A DNA stretch of 64,000 bases. Origin: an uncultured Pseudomonadota bacterium (lineage in GTDB: Bacteria; Chloroflexota; UBA5177; JAJPKF01). The position numbers and the translations under genes were made by a program. The notes beneath the pieces were generated by a model that was not told the DNA's origin, searched no databases, and saw nothing but the letters and a program-made list of their open reading frames with translations. Shown piece by piece: positions 32,183 through 41,544 of the stretch. Location: the NCBI GenBank assembly GCA_963799725.1, contig CAWCYJ010000025.1, positions 61,840 through 125,839 on the forward strand, written 5' to 3'. How positions within the stretch are numbered: the first letter of the stretch is position 1; each line of letters starts with the position of its first letter.

Positions 32183-33176
32183 TCCAGAATCGCTGTGTCA
32201 CCTCGTTCTCATGCCAACCAAGAAGCTCGAGATGAATGTGGAGGGGAGATGCTCTGAAGATCCTGCGACCGTGGGTCAGCCGGTAGTACGTGAGCTGGAT
32301 CATCACGGACGCGGTTTCTATGACAAATACAAAGCCAATGACGGGGAGGATGAGCATCTGGTTCAGCATTAGGGCGACGGTGGCCAGGGTGGCGCCGAGT
32401 GCGAGAGCCCCGGTGTCGCCCATGATGACCCTAGCCGGAAACACGTTGAACCACAGAAACGCGAGCAAGGCGCCAATCATGGTGAAGCAGAACTCACCGA
32501 GATAGAGCTTCCCCTGCAAGAGAGCGATTCCGCCAAAAGCGCCGAATGCAACCGCACCGGTGCCCGCAGCCAAGCCATCAAGGCCGTCCGTCAGATTAAC
32601 GGCATTGGCCGACCCAACGATTGCCAGGATGGCAAGCGGCCAGTAGAAGAGGTAGATGTGCTCGAAGCCGACGGTCGGCAGATATATCGTGTTTTGTTGC
32701 GAAGGGGCGATAAGTCTCGGGATGTGCAGGATGGCCACGATAGCGATCGCAATCAGCACGAGCCAGGTGAACTTGAATCTAGCTCTCAGTCCTTCGCCGC
32801 CTACTCTCACCGTCGTCAGTCGATCGTCTATCCAGCCAAGTGTCGCGGAAAGCGTGAGCACTACGACGGTCAGCAGCATGGAATATCGCCCACGCAGGTT
32901 GTAGAGGATGGTCAGGAGAACCACAGGTACCGTAAACAGAAACCCGCCCATGGAGGGAATACCCGATTTGCTCATATGGTGCGGCAGCTCTTCCTTGATC
33001 CGTTTGCCACCCCGTAACCTTCTGATCAAGTCGATGAAGTACGGGGCGGCGAACATGGTGATCGTGAAGGCGGCCACTCCTGACACCATGGCAGGGATCA
33101 GAGCAAAAGCAATGGCGTGGGCTTGCTCGAGCTGGGTTTGACCCGAAACGGAGCTTAGTAATTGGAAGACGGTCAA
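32133..33176 (-). CDS. mraY: phospho-N-acetylmuramoyl-pentapeptide transferase
   Basis: ORF of 347 aa with ten TM segments and the NAVNLTDGLDGLA motif. Confidence 0.9.
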   Translation of the reverse strand: MTVFQLLSSVSGQTQLEQAHAIAFALIPAMVSGVAAFTITMFAAPYFIDLIRRLRGGKRIKEELPHHMSKSGIPSMGGFLFTVPVVLLTILYNLRGRYSMLLTVVVLTLSATLGWIDDRLTTVRVGGEGLRARFKFTWLVLIAIAIVAILHIPRLIAPSQQNTIYLPTVGFEHIYLFYWPLAILAIVGSANAVNLTDGLDGLAAGTGAVAFGAFGGIALLQGKLYLGEFCFTMIGALLAFLWFNVFPARVIMGDTGALALGATLATVALMLNQMLILPVIGFVFVIETASVMIQLTYYRLTHGRRIFRASPLHIHLELLGWHENEVTQRFWIVSMLAGVAGLALAFI

Positions 33177-33198
33177 CGGCTATTATCCAGTCGAAGAC

Positions 33199-34634
33199 TC
33201 ACGATGTGGTCGTCTCGGATGGCGTCTTCACCAAGCCGGCCACGATCCCTTCCATCTGCATCCCCCGCGATCCCTTCACCAGTACCACGTCGCCAGGTTC
33301 AATCATGCCTTTGGCCGCATCAATTGCCTGCTCATTATCGTCAACGTGGACAATTTTTTCAGGCTCCATCCCTCGTTCTCGAGCTGCCTCAGCTATCCAC
33401 TCGGCTTTCGAACCCAACAGGATAAGTTGGTCCAGCGTGGCCGCGGCTTCACCCACTCGTCGGTGCTCAGCCTCCTCCTCTGATCCCAGCTCGAACATGT
33501 CTCCGAGGATCGCAATATGGCGCCGGCCACCTTCCCTGAGGAGCTGAATTGCGGCGACCGTGGAATCGCCCGCAGCGTTATAACGGTCATCCAGGATGGT
33601 GCTGTCGTTGACTCCAGGTAAGAAGCAGGCTCGATCGCCCATCCGAAAGGTCTCGAGGCGCTGTGCAATTCGGTCCCAGTCAAGCCCAAGATGGTGGGCG
33701 ACTGCAATAGCGGGCAGGAGATTCATAGCGTTGTGGGCCCCGGGCAGGGGACATCTCACGATGCATCTTGCGGCCGCCGTGTCGAAAGTCCGCCTCAAAT
33801 CCATTCCTGCCGTGGCCCTTGATGTTCTCCGCCCAAAAGTCGTAGCGAGAAGGAGAGCGTCCATAAAGCAGCGGCGGCGGCAGGGACTGGAATGCGCTAT
33901 CGCCCGCACCCAGCCGATCGTCTCCATTGAACACTCCGAGCCCGTTGGCCGGCAGAGCATGGGCCAGCTCTGCTTTTCCTTGCGCAGTGCGTTCGATGGA
34001 TCCCGTTCTCTCGAGATGAACCGGCAAAACATTGGTGATCACGCCGATGTTGGGACCAGCAATTTTCGCCAGGAGGGCGATGTCGCCGCGCGCGTGCATC
34101 CCCATCTCAAGAACCGCGACCTTGTGGTTTGAGTTGAGCTTCAGCAACTCGAGTGGAAGGCCGATCTCGGTGTTCAGGTTGGCTTCCGACTTCAACACCT
34201 TGTCGGATCCCATATCTTCAAGCGTCCAGGCGGTCGCTTCCTTAACAGTTGTCTTGCCGATGCTGCCAGTGATTCCAACCACCGTCAGTTCGTGCTTCCG
34301 CCTCCACGCCGCCGCAAGATCTTGCAGTGCCTGAAGGGGATCGTCCACTACCCACACCAGCCGATTGTCCGGCAAGCTGTCGCCTGGAAGCTCGGCCACG
34401 ACTACCCCCATCGCACCGCTCTCGAGGGCGTGGGGAACGTATTCGTGGCCGTGGGCCAGCGGTGCCAGGAAGCGCTACGAAGAGGTTGCCTGGCTTGACC
34501 CTTCGCGAGTCAACCACCACTCCGGTTACCTCATGCTCCAGATCCGCCGGGTTGAGGAGCCCGCGGTGCAGCTCACCCCCCGTTGTCCAAAACACGGTTC
34601 CGGCGCCAGACGCCACGACATCTGCCAGCTTCAC
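33199..34634 (-). pseudogene. murF: UDP-N-acetylmuramoyl-tripeptide--D-alanyl-D-alanine ligase, split over three reading frames (two frameshifts)
   Basis: The N-terminus (34242-34634) carries DSRRVKPGNLFVALPG. The middle (33680-34411) carries HGHEYVPHALESGAMGVVV...ITGSIGKTT...VFNGDD. The C-terminus (33199-34032) carries PLPGAHNAMN...VLVKGSRGMQME. Shifts fall at about 34440 and about 33790. Confidence 0.8.
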
Positions 34635-34635
34635 T

Positions 34636-36387
34636 TCAACTCGCTAGTTTTAAGGCGCATTGGACAGGAGGAGGCGTGGAGAGTGTTGGGGGGATGTGAT
34701 AGTGCAAGAACAGCGACTGGAAGAGGTAATGGACCACTGGCGCAGCGATCAAGGACCCCCAGGGCCATGTTACCGGCTTCCTAACGATGACGAGAACCGA
34801 GAATCGAGGCCGGTAGGCCGGGGCCCATGCTACGGTGCTGGCAATGGTCGACCCAGGGCCACTCAGATACTGACCGTAAGGCCCGGCGATGTTCGCCGTC
34901 CCTGTTTTTGCGGCAATTTGATAGCCTTTCACCAGAGCGCAAGAGGCCTCGCCGTTAATCGCCGACGTCACCAACATATGCGTCAGGGTGCGAGCGGTTG
35001 TCTGACTGATCACACGCCGAATGACGGCAGGCCGACGGTAGATGGTTTGCCCTCGATAGTCGATGCGCTTTACCAGCTCAGGCCGCATGAGCAGCCCTCC
35101 ATTTGCAACCGTGTTCACGCCGTTGATCAGCTGGAGGGGAGTCATCGTCTCAGCTTGCCCATAGGCATTGGTGTACAGATTGGAAATCGACCAGACTCGA
35201 TCTCCCGGCAACGGAAGGGAGCCGGGAGCCTCTCCGGAGAGATCAACCCCTGTCGGCTGTCCAACTCCAAAGCGGCGGATATAAGGGTAGAAGCGGGATA
35301 CCCCGAGGCGATTAGCTACAAAGGCCGCCCCAACATTAGCTGAGTGTTGGAGCACCTGGATCATATTTTCCTTGCCGTTGGCAACTGGATAGTCCCAATT
35401 GTGAACGGTAATCGTTGGGTACACAGCGTAACCCGGGTCGTAGATGGTGGTGTACGGAGTGATGGCGTGATTCGCTAGACCAGCGGCCATCGTAAAGATC
35501 TTGAAGGTGGATCCTGGCTCATACGTGTTCGAGATCGCCGCGATTCGACCAAGTGCCCATTTGCGACGCATTTGGCTTGTTCGGATTGATGTTGGGGTAG
35601 TTTGCCATGGCGACGATTCGGCCGGTCCTTGGCTGCATGATGATAGCCGTGCCACTGACGCCTCCCGAGGACAAGACTGCCTTCTTGAGCTGATCTTCCG
35701 TGACGTTTTGCATGTAGGTGTCAAGTGAAAGATGGAGAGTCGCGCCGTCGACGGTTGATTGGTCCTGCACTGGGAGGCGGCAGGCACTGTCACATCGTTT
35801 GATTCGGACGGCCCTGCAAGGAAGGTAGATAGTCGTTCTTGACCCGATAGCATTCCGTTGTAGTACTGTTCGAGTCCATATGAACCACCATTACTGTCGA
35901 CAAACCCCAAGACCTGCGCTCCTAGGCTTCCTTCCGGATACACGCGATTGGGGGTTGGTTGCAGTGAAATCCCCTGCAGCGTGGTCGTTTCGGCCAGCTT
36001 TTGAATCCTGTTAGCAGTGGACTGCGATACGGATAGAGCCAGCCGGGGATATGTAATCTTGCTCCCCAAAATATTTGCCACATACGAGGTCTTCTCGTGA
36101 AGCAATGGTGCGAGAAGACGCGCTTCCGCGTCGGGCCGAAAGATCTGGTTTGGAGAAGCGTACACCTGATAGGTCTGGTCATCGACAGCGAGAGGATTGC
36201 CTTGATCATCAAGAATCAACCCCCTGGGTGCTGCAATGCGAGCCCCGCCCGAGCGTTGAGCCATGGCTTCAGAGACCAGTGCATGCCGGTCCATCACCTG
36301 CCAAAAGACGAGCCGGTAGCAAAGCCCCAACGCCACGGCTACCACCACCATCAGAAGAACCTTCTGTCGCATGGTGCCCGTTGGCAA
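34636..36387 (-). CDS. ftsI: penicillin-binding protein (FtsI-type transpeptidase) with an internal out-of-frame stretch
   Basis: ORF of 583 aa with PBP dimerisation and transpeptidase motifs (STFK, KTGTA). Residues ~186-285 read as non-PBP sequence, while the expected segment (SGTAIIMQPRTGRIVAMANYPNINPN) lies in the +1 frame (35519-35770). Confidence 0.85.
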   Translation of the reverse strand: MPTGTMRQKVLLMVVVAVALGLCYRLVFWQVMDRHALVSEAMAQRSGGARIAAPRGLILDDQGNPLAVDDQTYQVYASPNQIFRPDAEARLLAPLLHEKTSYVANILGSKITYPRLALSVSQSTANRIQKLAETTTLQGISLQPTPNRVYPEGSLGAQVLGFVDSNGGSYGLEQYYNGMLSGQERLSTFLAGPSESNDVTVPAASQCRTNQPSTARLSIFHLTPTCKTSRKISSRRQSCPREASVARLSSCSQGPAESSPWQTTPTSIRTSQMRRKWALGRIAAISNTYEPGSTFKIFTMAAGLANHAITPYTTIYDPGYAVYPTITVHNWDYPVANGKENMIQVLQHSANVGAAFVANRLGVSRFYPYIRRFGVGQPTGVDLSGEAPGSLPLPGDRVWSISNLYTNAYGQAETMTPLQLINGVNTVANGGLLMRPELVKRIDYRGQTIYRRPAVIRRVISQTTARTLTHMLVTSAINGEASCALVKGYQIAAKTGTANIAGPYGQYLSGPGSTIASTVAWAPAYRPRFSVLVIVRKPVTWPWGSLIAAPVVHYLFQSLFLHYHIPPTLSTPPPVQCALKLAS

Positions 36388-36456
36388 GCTGTTCGACTTC
36401 GTCTCGCGAGCCCCGGCGGGGTCTGCGTGTAGCTGAGCGAGGCGTGGAGGTTCGGG

Positions 36457-36957
36457 TCACAGGCTGTCGCGGATTTCTTGCCATGTCGTCTCCATCCAAT
36501 TCAGTGGGCCAGTTTGTAGGCGCGGCGGCGCGGGCATCCTCGGTGTCTTGGGCTTGACGGTCACGGTCAGCCATAGTGCAGACGCTAACGACGGCGACTG
36601 CATATGGAGCTTCGTCGTGGCCAGCGAATTGATCCTGTGTTCGGCTTTCAGCCCATCTGCTTGGACGAGAAGCTGGGCGTTGACCGCGTTGAGCTGCGAT
36701 CGATCCGCACGAATCTGATTCAGCTCCATCTGCATAGCTGTCGAAGCGTTCGCCTGGACGAGGTACAGGATGACGGCGAAGCTGACAAGAAGCGTCGCCA
36801 AAACCATCCGACCCCGCTCCACCCACGTCCATGGCTGAACACTTATCCTGACGCGTTCACCACGTGCCCTTCGAGTCGTCGAACGCGTTGTTCGCGGAGC
36901 GGTTGTTGCACCGCGTCCAGTCCATGTAGTTGTCCGTTGCATCGTTACCCGCTCCAT
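36457..36957 (-). CDS. ftsL: cell division protein FtsL-like (single TM + coiled coil)
   Basis: ORF of 166 aa between rsmH and ftsI. Basic N-terminus, one TM helix and a periplasmic helical region. Confidence 0.6.
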   Translation of the reverse strand: MERVTMQRTTTWTGRGATTAPRTTRSTTRRARGERVRISVQPWTWVERGRMVLATLLVSFAVILYLVQANASTAMQMELNQIRADRSQLNAVNAQLLVQADGLKAEHRINSLATTKLHMQSPSLASALWLTVTVKPKTPRMPAPPRLQTGPLNWMETTWQEIRDSL

Positions 36958-36991
36958 GATTGGTTAGTGGACATTGTCAGTTGCCAGAACA

Positions 36992-37996
36992 TTACGCCAG
37001 GGCCTCGGCGGCGCGTAATCTTGCGCTCCTGCTTCTCGGATTCGCCTCGACTTCGGCCGGGCTTGGACGGATCGGCTTCCTCGTCACGATCCGCAGCCGT
37101 GGCTCGTGACCGCAGACGCAAATTGGAACCTCTGGTGGACAGATGCAGCCTGCCTCCTCTGACCTGAAGAATCGCTTGACGATCCGATCCTCCAGAGAGT
37201 GAAACGAAATAACTACCAAGCGACCGCCGTTGCGGATCAGGGACAGAGCTTGAGGTAGTGCACGCTCGAGCCGGCCTAGCTCGTCATTGACGGCGATTCG
37301 TAAAGCTTGAAATACGCGAGTGGCAGGATGGATCCGATGCTGCCGGCCAGGGACAGTCCTGACTACCAAATCCGCGAGGTCGCCAGTGTTGATGAAGACG
37401 GCCTGTTCTCGCCGGCCGACAATCCGTCGGGCAATGCGTCTGGCGTAGCGCTCCTCTCCGTATTCAAAGAAGATTCGTGATAGCTCCTGTTCGGACGCGT
37501 TGTTCACGATGTCGGCCGCGCTCTGCGGAGCGTCTGGTCCGAGTCGCATGTCAAGCGGCCCATTGGACTGGAACGAGAATCCGCGGTGTTCAGCATCGAG
37601 CTGCCAGGAGCTCACGCCGAGATCAAAGAGTATCGCGGGGACTCCCACAAAGCCGTGCGCTCTTGAGACTTCGGTCAGTCGATCGAAGAAGCTCACGTCG
37701 AGGACCACCCGGGACCCAAAGCGGGCGAGTCGAGTCGCCGCAACGTCAACGGCGTCCGGGTCGGCGTCAAGGCCCAGCAGCTTGCCGTCTGGGGAGCTCA
37801 GGTCGAGGACGCGCTCAGCGTGGCCACCTCCTCCCACTGTGGCGTCGATGACATCCCCGTTGGGCTGAACATTGAGAAGATCTAGGGCCTCACTCATGAG
37901 TACGGGTAGATGCTCAAACTGCGTCAACGACGTTCTCCGGGTGATCTGGGCTGAGAGCATCTCGATCCGCCCATAGCTCCGGGTTCCATATCTCAA
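36992..37996 (-). CDS. rsmH: 16S rRNA (cytosine1402-N4)-methyltransferase
   Basis: ORF of 334 aa with GDVIDATVGGGGHA and LGVSSWQLD motifs. The true start is possibly the internal Met at 37960. Confidence 0.9.
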   Translation of the reverse strand: MRYGTRSYGRIEMLSAQITRRTSLTQFEHLPVLMSEALDLLNVQPNGDVIDATVGGGGHAERVLDLSSPDGKLLGLDADPDAVDVAATRLARFGSRVVLDVSFFDRLTEVSRAHGFVGVPAILFDLGVSSWQLDAEHRGFSFQSNGPLDMRLGPDAPQSAADIVNNASEQELSRIFFEYGEERYARRIARRIVGRREQAVFINTGDLADLVVRTVPGRQHRIHPATRVFQALRIAVNDELGRLERALPQALSLIRNGGRLVVISFHSLEDRIVKRFFRSEEAGCICPPEVPICVCGHEPRLRIVTRKPIRPSPAEVEANPRSRSARLRAAEALA

Positions 37997-38330
37997 GGTG
38001 ATCGGAGCTGGAGGCTACGAGGACCTGCCTGTGAATGGAGGCCCTCCGGCGGAGAACCGCGGATAGACGGCAAGCTCCTTCACTTCCCGGTTCGAAACTT
38101 ACTCCGCTTCGCCTAACCGACTCGATAAGAAGGCGAGCGTCAAACCGAAGATCCTTCGCGGCGCAGAGCGCCGCCATGATCCTTTCCCACTTCCCGGCCG
38201 GATAGATACGTAGGCATGGGTCGAACCAGGCGCAGACCACCAGCTCAGGCCCGAGACGCTCTAAGCAGCTCCCCGGCAAAGGCAAATCCCATGGAGGATC
38301 GAGATCTTGGATCCCATGCAAAACGAGCAT
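37914..38330 (-). CDS. mraZ: MraZ-like transcriptional regulator (divergent N-terminal motifs)
   Basis: 139 aa from Met 38330. Two MraZ-type half-domains and a C-terminal DHLEIWNPELW. The first DxxGR motif is degenerate (DPPWD). Confidence 0.55.
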   Translation of the reverse strand: MLVLHGIQDLDPPWDLPLPGSCLERLGPELVVCAWFDPCLRIYPAGKWERIMAALCAAKDLRFDARLLIESVRRSGVSFEPGSEGACRLSAVLRRRASIHRQVLVASSSDHLEIWNPELWADRDALSPDHPENVVDAV

Positions 38331-38757
38331 GGGCCCCCACGAGAGCCGCGGCTCAGCCACATAAGTATCAAGAATCCCCACAGGTCCCCACCTCAACCCA
38401 CCAAGACAATTATGGCAGGTAGATTCGACAGATGCAAGCGTCAAAAACTCGACCCTTGCCCAGTGGGGAAATAGGATGCCATTGGGGGATATCGGCCGAG
38501 AAATTCCGAAAAATCGGGCTAGACTGCGGCCGATGCAGTAGCGAATGCCGCACGTTTGGTTGCCGCGACGGCAGCCGCTACTTGTGCGCAGCAGTCGCCA
38601 CCACTTCCCACCACTACGGTTGTCGGATCGTCCTGGCATTGGAATCGCGGATAATCTCAGTAAGCGATCCCGAACACCGTAAGGATGACTGCGATCCGCT
38701 GATCCTAGACGTCAGCCGCTACGTAGCAATAATCGAGATGCAAAAGGTGCCGTCAGA

Positions 38758-39327
38758 TTGGATCATGAGCTTCAGGACGATAGGGCGATTATCGTCGCCC
38801 TCAAAGCGGGTGATCAACGTGGGCTTGAGGCCCTCTATGATCGATACTCCGTCCTGGCCTTTACGCTTGCATACAAGATGTTGGGTGAGCGACAGGCGGC
38901 TGAGGATGCCGTTCAGGAGTCATTCGTGAACATCTGGCGCTATGCCCGGAGCTACGACTCGGATCGTAGTAGCCCACGTACCTGGATGATGGGGATCGTG
39001 AGGAATCGATGTATCGACAAGCTCCGGCTTGCCGCTTCGCGCCCCAGAGTGTCTTCGGACGTCGACGTTACCGAGCAGGCGTCGCAACAAGACGTCTGGA
39101 CTGAGCTGGCCCAAAACTTAACTTCAAGTGACGTAAGGAGCGCCCTGGGCGAGCTTCCACCGGAGCAACGTCAAACGATCGAGCTTGCCTATTACGGTGG
39201 ACTCACCCAGACGGAGATTGCAGAAAGGATGGGCGTTCCGCTCGGTACAGTCAAGGGACGAGTGCGCATCGGGCTGGATAAGCTTCGTATTCTCTTAGCC
39301 TCCTTGGAAGCGGATCTCACCTCATGA
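38758..39327 (+). CDS. ECF-type RNA polymerase sigma-70 family factor
   Basis: ORF of 189 aa with region 2 (FVNIWRYARSYD) and a region-4 HTH (LTQTEIAERMGVPLGTVKGRV). Confidence 0.85.
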   Translation: MDHELQDDRAIIVALKAGDQRGLEALYDRYSVLAFTLAYKMLGERQAAEDAVQESFVNIWRYARSYDSDRSSPRTWMMGIVRNRCIDKLRLAASRPRVSSDVDVTEQASQQDVWTELAQNLTSSDVRSALGELPPEQRQTIELAYYGGLTQTEIAERMGVPLGTVKGRVRIGLDKLRILLASLEADLTS

Positions 39328-40133
39328 ATCAGCACGTCGGCGACCTCATTGGACTCTATGCTCTAGGCGCCCTAAGTGATAGCGAGCGAGATGAGCTGGA
39401 GTCCCACTTGAAGACCTGCGCTCGTTGTAGCTCCGAGCTGCGGGAGGCCGAGGAGGTCCTGAGCGCTTTGCCCCTGGCTCTCGAGCCAGTCGCGCCATCT
39501 CCCAACCTGCGAGAACGCGTCCTGCATTCGATCCAGACTGTGTCTAACGAAGAACCGGCCTCAGTTGGGGAGCCTCAAACTGACTCCAGCAGCGAGCCGT
39601 TGCACCTAGTGAGTCAGCAGCCTACGCGTAGGAGCACAAAAAGCCCTGCGATTTTTCGCTATCGGGTGCCCTCGCTGCTCGCGGTGGCTGCCGTACTTGC
39701 GCTGCTTATTGGAGTTGCCGTCGGTCGCTTTAGCAGTACCCCCTCCAAATTGGCCGCTCAGCAACGATACGAGCAGTTATTGGGACGGGCTGTGAGCTCC
39801 GGTGACACCCTGACCCAAATGAGCCCAACGACAAAGAACATGAAGGCTGACGCAGCAGTGGCCGTTACACCATCCGATCGCGCGTTTCTTATCGTTGGGC
39901 CAACGACCCCGGCTCCGCGGGGTCATGTCTATCAAATCTGGTTTCTCAACACCCTCAGCGGCGCCCATAGCGCCGGAGTGGTCTCTCCTGGCTTGACTAC
40001 GGTGCAAGAATTACGACTCCGGGGAAGGAGCAAGAATTACCGGTTGTCAGCTATCACGGTCGAGCCAGGCCCGCGTGGAAGCTCAAAGCCGACGTCCAAA
40101 GCGGTGATGGTTGGGAAGCTAAGGCATGTATAA
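39324..40133 (+). CDS. zinc-finger anti-sigma factor (ZAS, RskA-like C-terminal domain)
   Basis: ORF of 269 aa translationally coupled to the sigma gene. HxxxCxxC motif (HLKTCARCSSEL), a central TM helix and an extracytoplasmic domain. Confidence 0.75.
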   Translation: MNQHVGDLIGLYALGALSDSERDELESHLKTCARCSSELREAEEVLSALPLALEPVAPSPNLRERVLHSIQTVSNEEPASVGEPQTDSSSEPLHLVSQQPTRRSTKSPAIFRYRVPSLLAVAAVLALLIGVAVGRFSSTPSKLAAQQRYEQLLGRAVSSGDTLTQMSPTTKNMKADAAVAVTPSDRAFLIVGPTTPAPRGHVYQIWFLNTLSGAHSAGVVSPGLTTVQELRLRGRSKNYRLSAITVEPGPRGSSKPTSKAVMVGKLRHV

Positions 40134-40201
40134 TGCAGACTTATCTGCACAAATTACCGTAGACTATTAAGAGGCGGTATCTAAACCGCCAGGAGGACGC
40201 T

Positions 40202-40537
40202 ATGATTACCGGTCATTTACCCGAAATACTCGTCGTTCTAGTGGTCGCACTAATCTTCTTGGGACCGAAGCGGCTCCCTGATGCAGGTCGAAGCCTCGGA
40301 CAAGCGATCAAGGGCTTCCGCGACGAGACCAAGGGGATGCGAGACGAGATCACTTCGATCAAAGAGGATACCCATGGCCTCAGGGATGAGGTCACCGGTA
40401 TCAAGGACACCGTTCACACCACGGTCCGCGAAGCAGTTATTGAGGAGCCGGCCGTGGACAGAGGTGTTGTGGCCGCAAGCTCCAGTGCCACTGTCGATGG
40501 AAATGGAGTGGTAGGCGCGGGCTCCACTCACCAGTAA
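40202..40537 (+). CDS. tatA: twin-arginine translocase TatA/TatE family protein
   Basis: ORF of 111 aa with an N-terminal TM helix followed by LGPKRLPDAGRSLGQAIKGFR. The C-terminus has an RDE(I/V)T-IK repeat. Confidence 0.85.
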   Translation: MITGHLPEILVVLVVALIFLGPKRLPDAGRSLGQAIKGFRDETKGMRDEITSIKEDTHGLRDEVTGIKDTVHTTVREAVIEEPAVDRGVVAASSSATVDGNGVVGAGSTHQ

Positions 40538-40670
40538 GCCCCTGGGGGGGCGCCCGCGCGGTTGGATACTCCAGCCGCGCGGTGATGGGGAGGCGATGCA
40601 GCGCAGTCCTCTCCGAGTCCGCAGTTCCGTAGGGCACCTTGAGAGCTAGATCTTTCCGCCCTCTCAAAGG

Positions 40671-41513
40671 TTGAGCGAAATACTGAGCCGCTCCAATCAC
40701 TCGGTCAAGCGACTCCGAGGTCTCCGGTCTAGACAGCAGCGAGAAGAAACTGGGCGATTCTTTGCTGAGGGGATTCGTCTTGTCGTCGAGGCATCGACGC
40801 ACCCGGAGCAGGTCGTTGAGCTCGTAGTGTGTCGCGAGCTGCTGCATTCGGACATCGGTCAGCGAACGGTCGACCGGTTAATGGAGTCCGGTGTGGCGAC
40901 GTTGGAGCTCGGCAGGACAGCCTATCAGAGCATTTCCGAGAAGGATAACCCGCAGGGCCTGGGAGTCGTCGCAGTCAGACGGCTGGCCAGCCTGGCTACC
41001 ATCGATTTACGGTCTGGCGTCGTGTGGATCGCGCTCGAGGGGCCTCAGGACCCCGGCAACGTGGGCTCAATCATGCGGACGGTGGAGGCGACTGGCGCCG
41101 CCGGGATCATCCTTCTCGGCAGCTCTGTTGATCCCTATGATCCCAGGGCTGTTCGGGCCAGCATGGGTTCGATTTTCAACGTCGGCCTTGTGGCCGCGAC
41201 CCTCGAAGAATTCATCACATGGAAGCAGACGAGTGGCCGGGCTGTGATTGGAGTCACGGGAGCCGGGCGTAACCACTATCGGAGGTTCGAGTATCCGCAG
41301 GGATCAATCCTCCTCCTCGGAAGCGAGCGGGAAGGAATATCTTCTGAGATTCTCAGCGCCTGCACCGATACGGTTTCTCTGCCGATGACAGGTCGGGCAG
41401 ATTCACTGAACCTATCCGTTGCCGCAGGCGTCCTCCTATACGAGCTGTTTGAAAAGCAGAGTGGATCCTCCTCCGGATCGCCGGCTCCGATGGGGCATGA
41501 GGCAACAAACTAA
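40671..41513 (+). CDS. TrmH/SpoU family RNA 2'-O-methyltransferase
   Basis: ORF of 280 aa with SpoU motifs (LEGPQDPGNVGSIMRT; LLGSEREGIS; LNLSVAAGVLLYE). Confidence 0.8.
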   Translation: MSEILSRSNHSVKRLRGLRSRQQREETGRFFAEGIRLVVEASTHPEQVVELVVCRELLHSDIGQRTVDRLMESGVATLELGRTAYQSISEKDNPQGLGVVAVRRLASLATIDLRSGVVWIALEGPQDPGNVGSIMRTVEATGAAGIILLGSSVDPYDPRAVRASMGSIFNVGLVAATLEEFITWKQTSGRAVIGVTGAGRNHYRRFEYPQGSILLLGSEREGISSEILSACTDTVSLPMTGRADSLNLSVAAGVLLYELFEKQSGSSSGSPAPMGHEATN

Positions 41514-41544
41514 CTGAGCACCCGTCAGATGAGCCCTTTGATCG

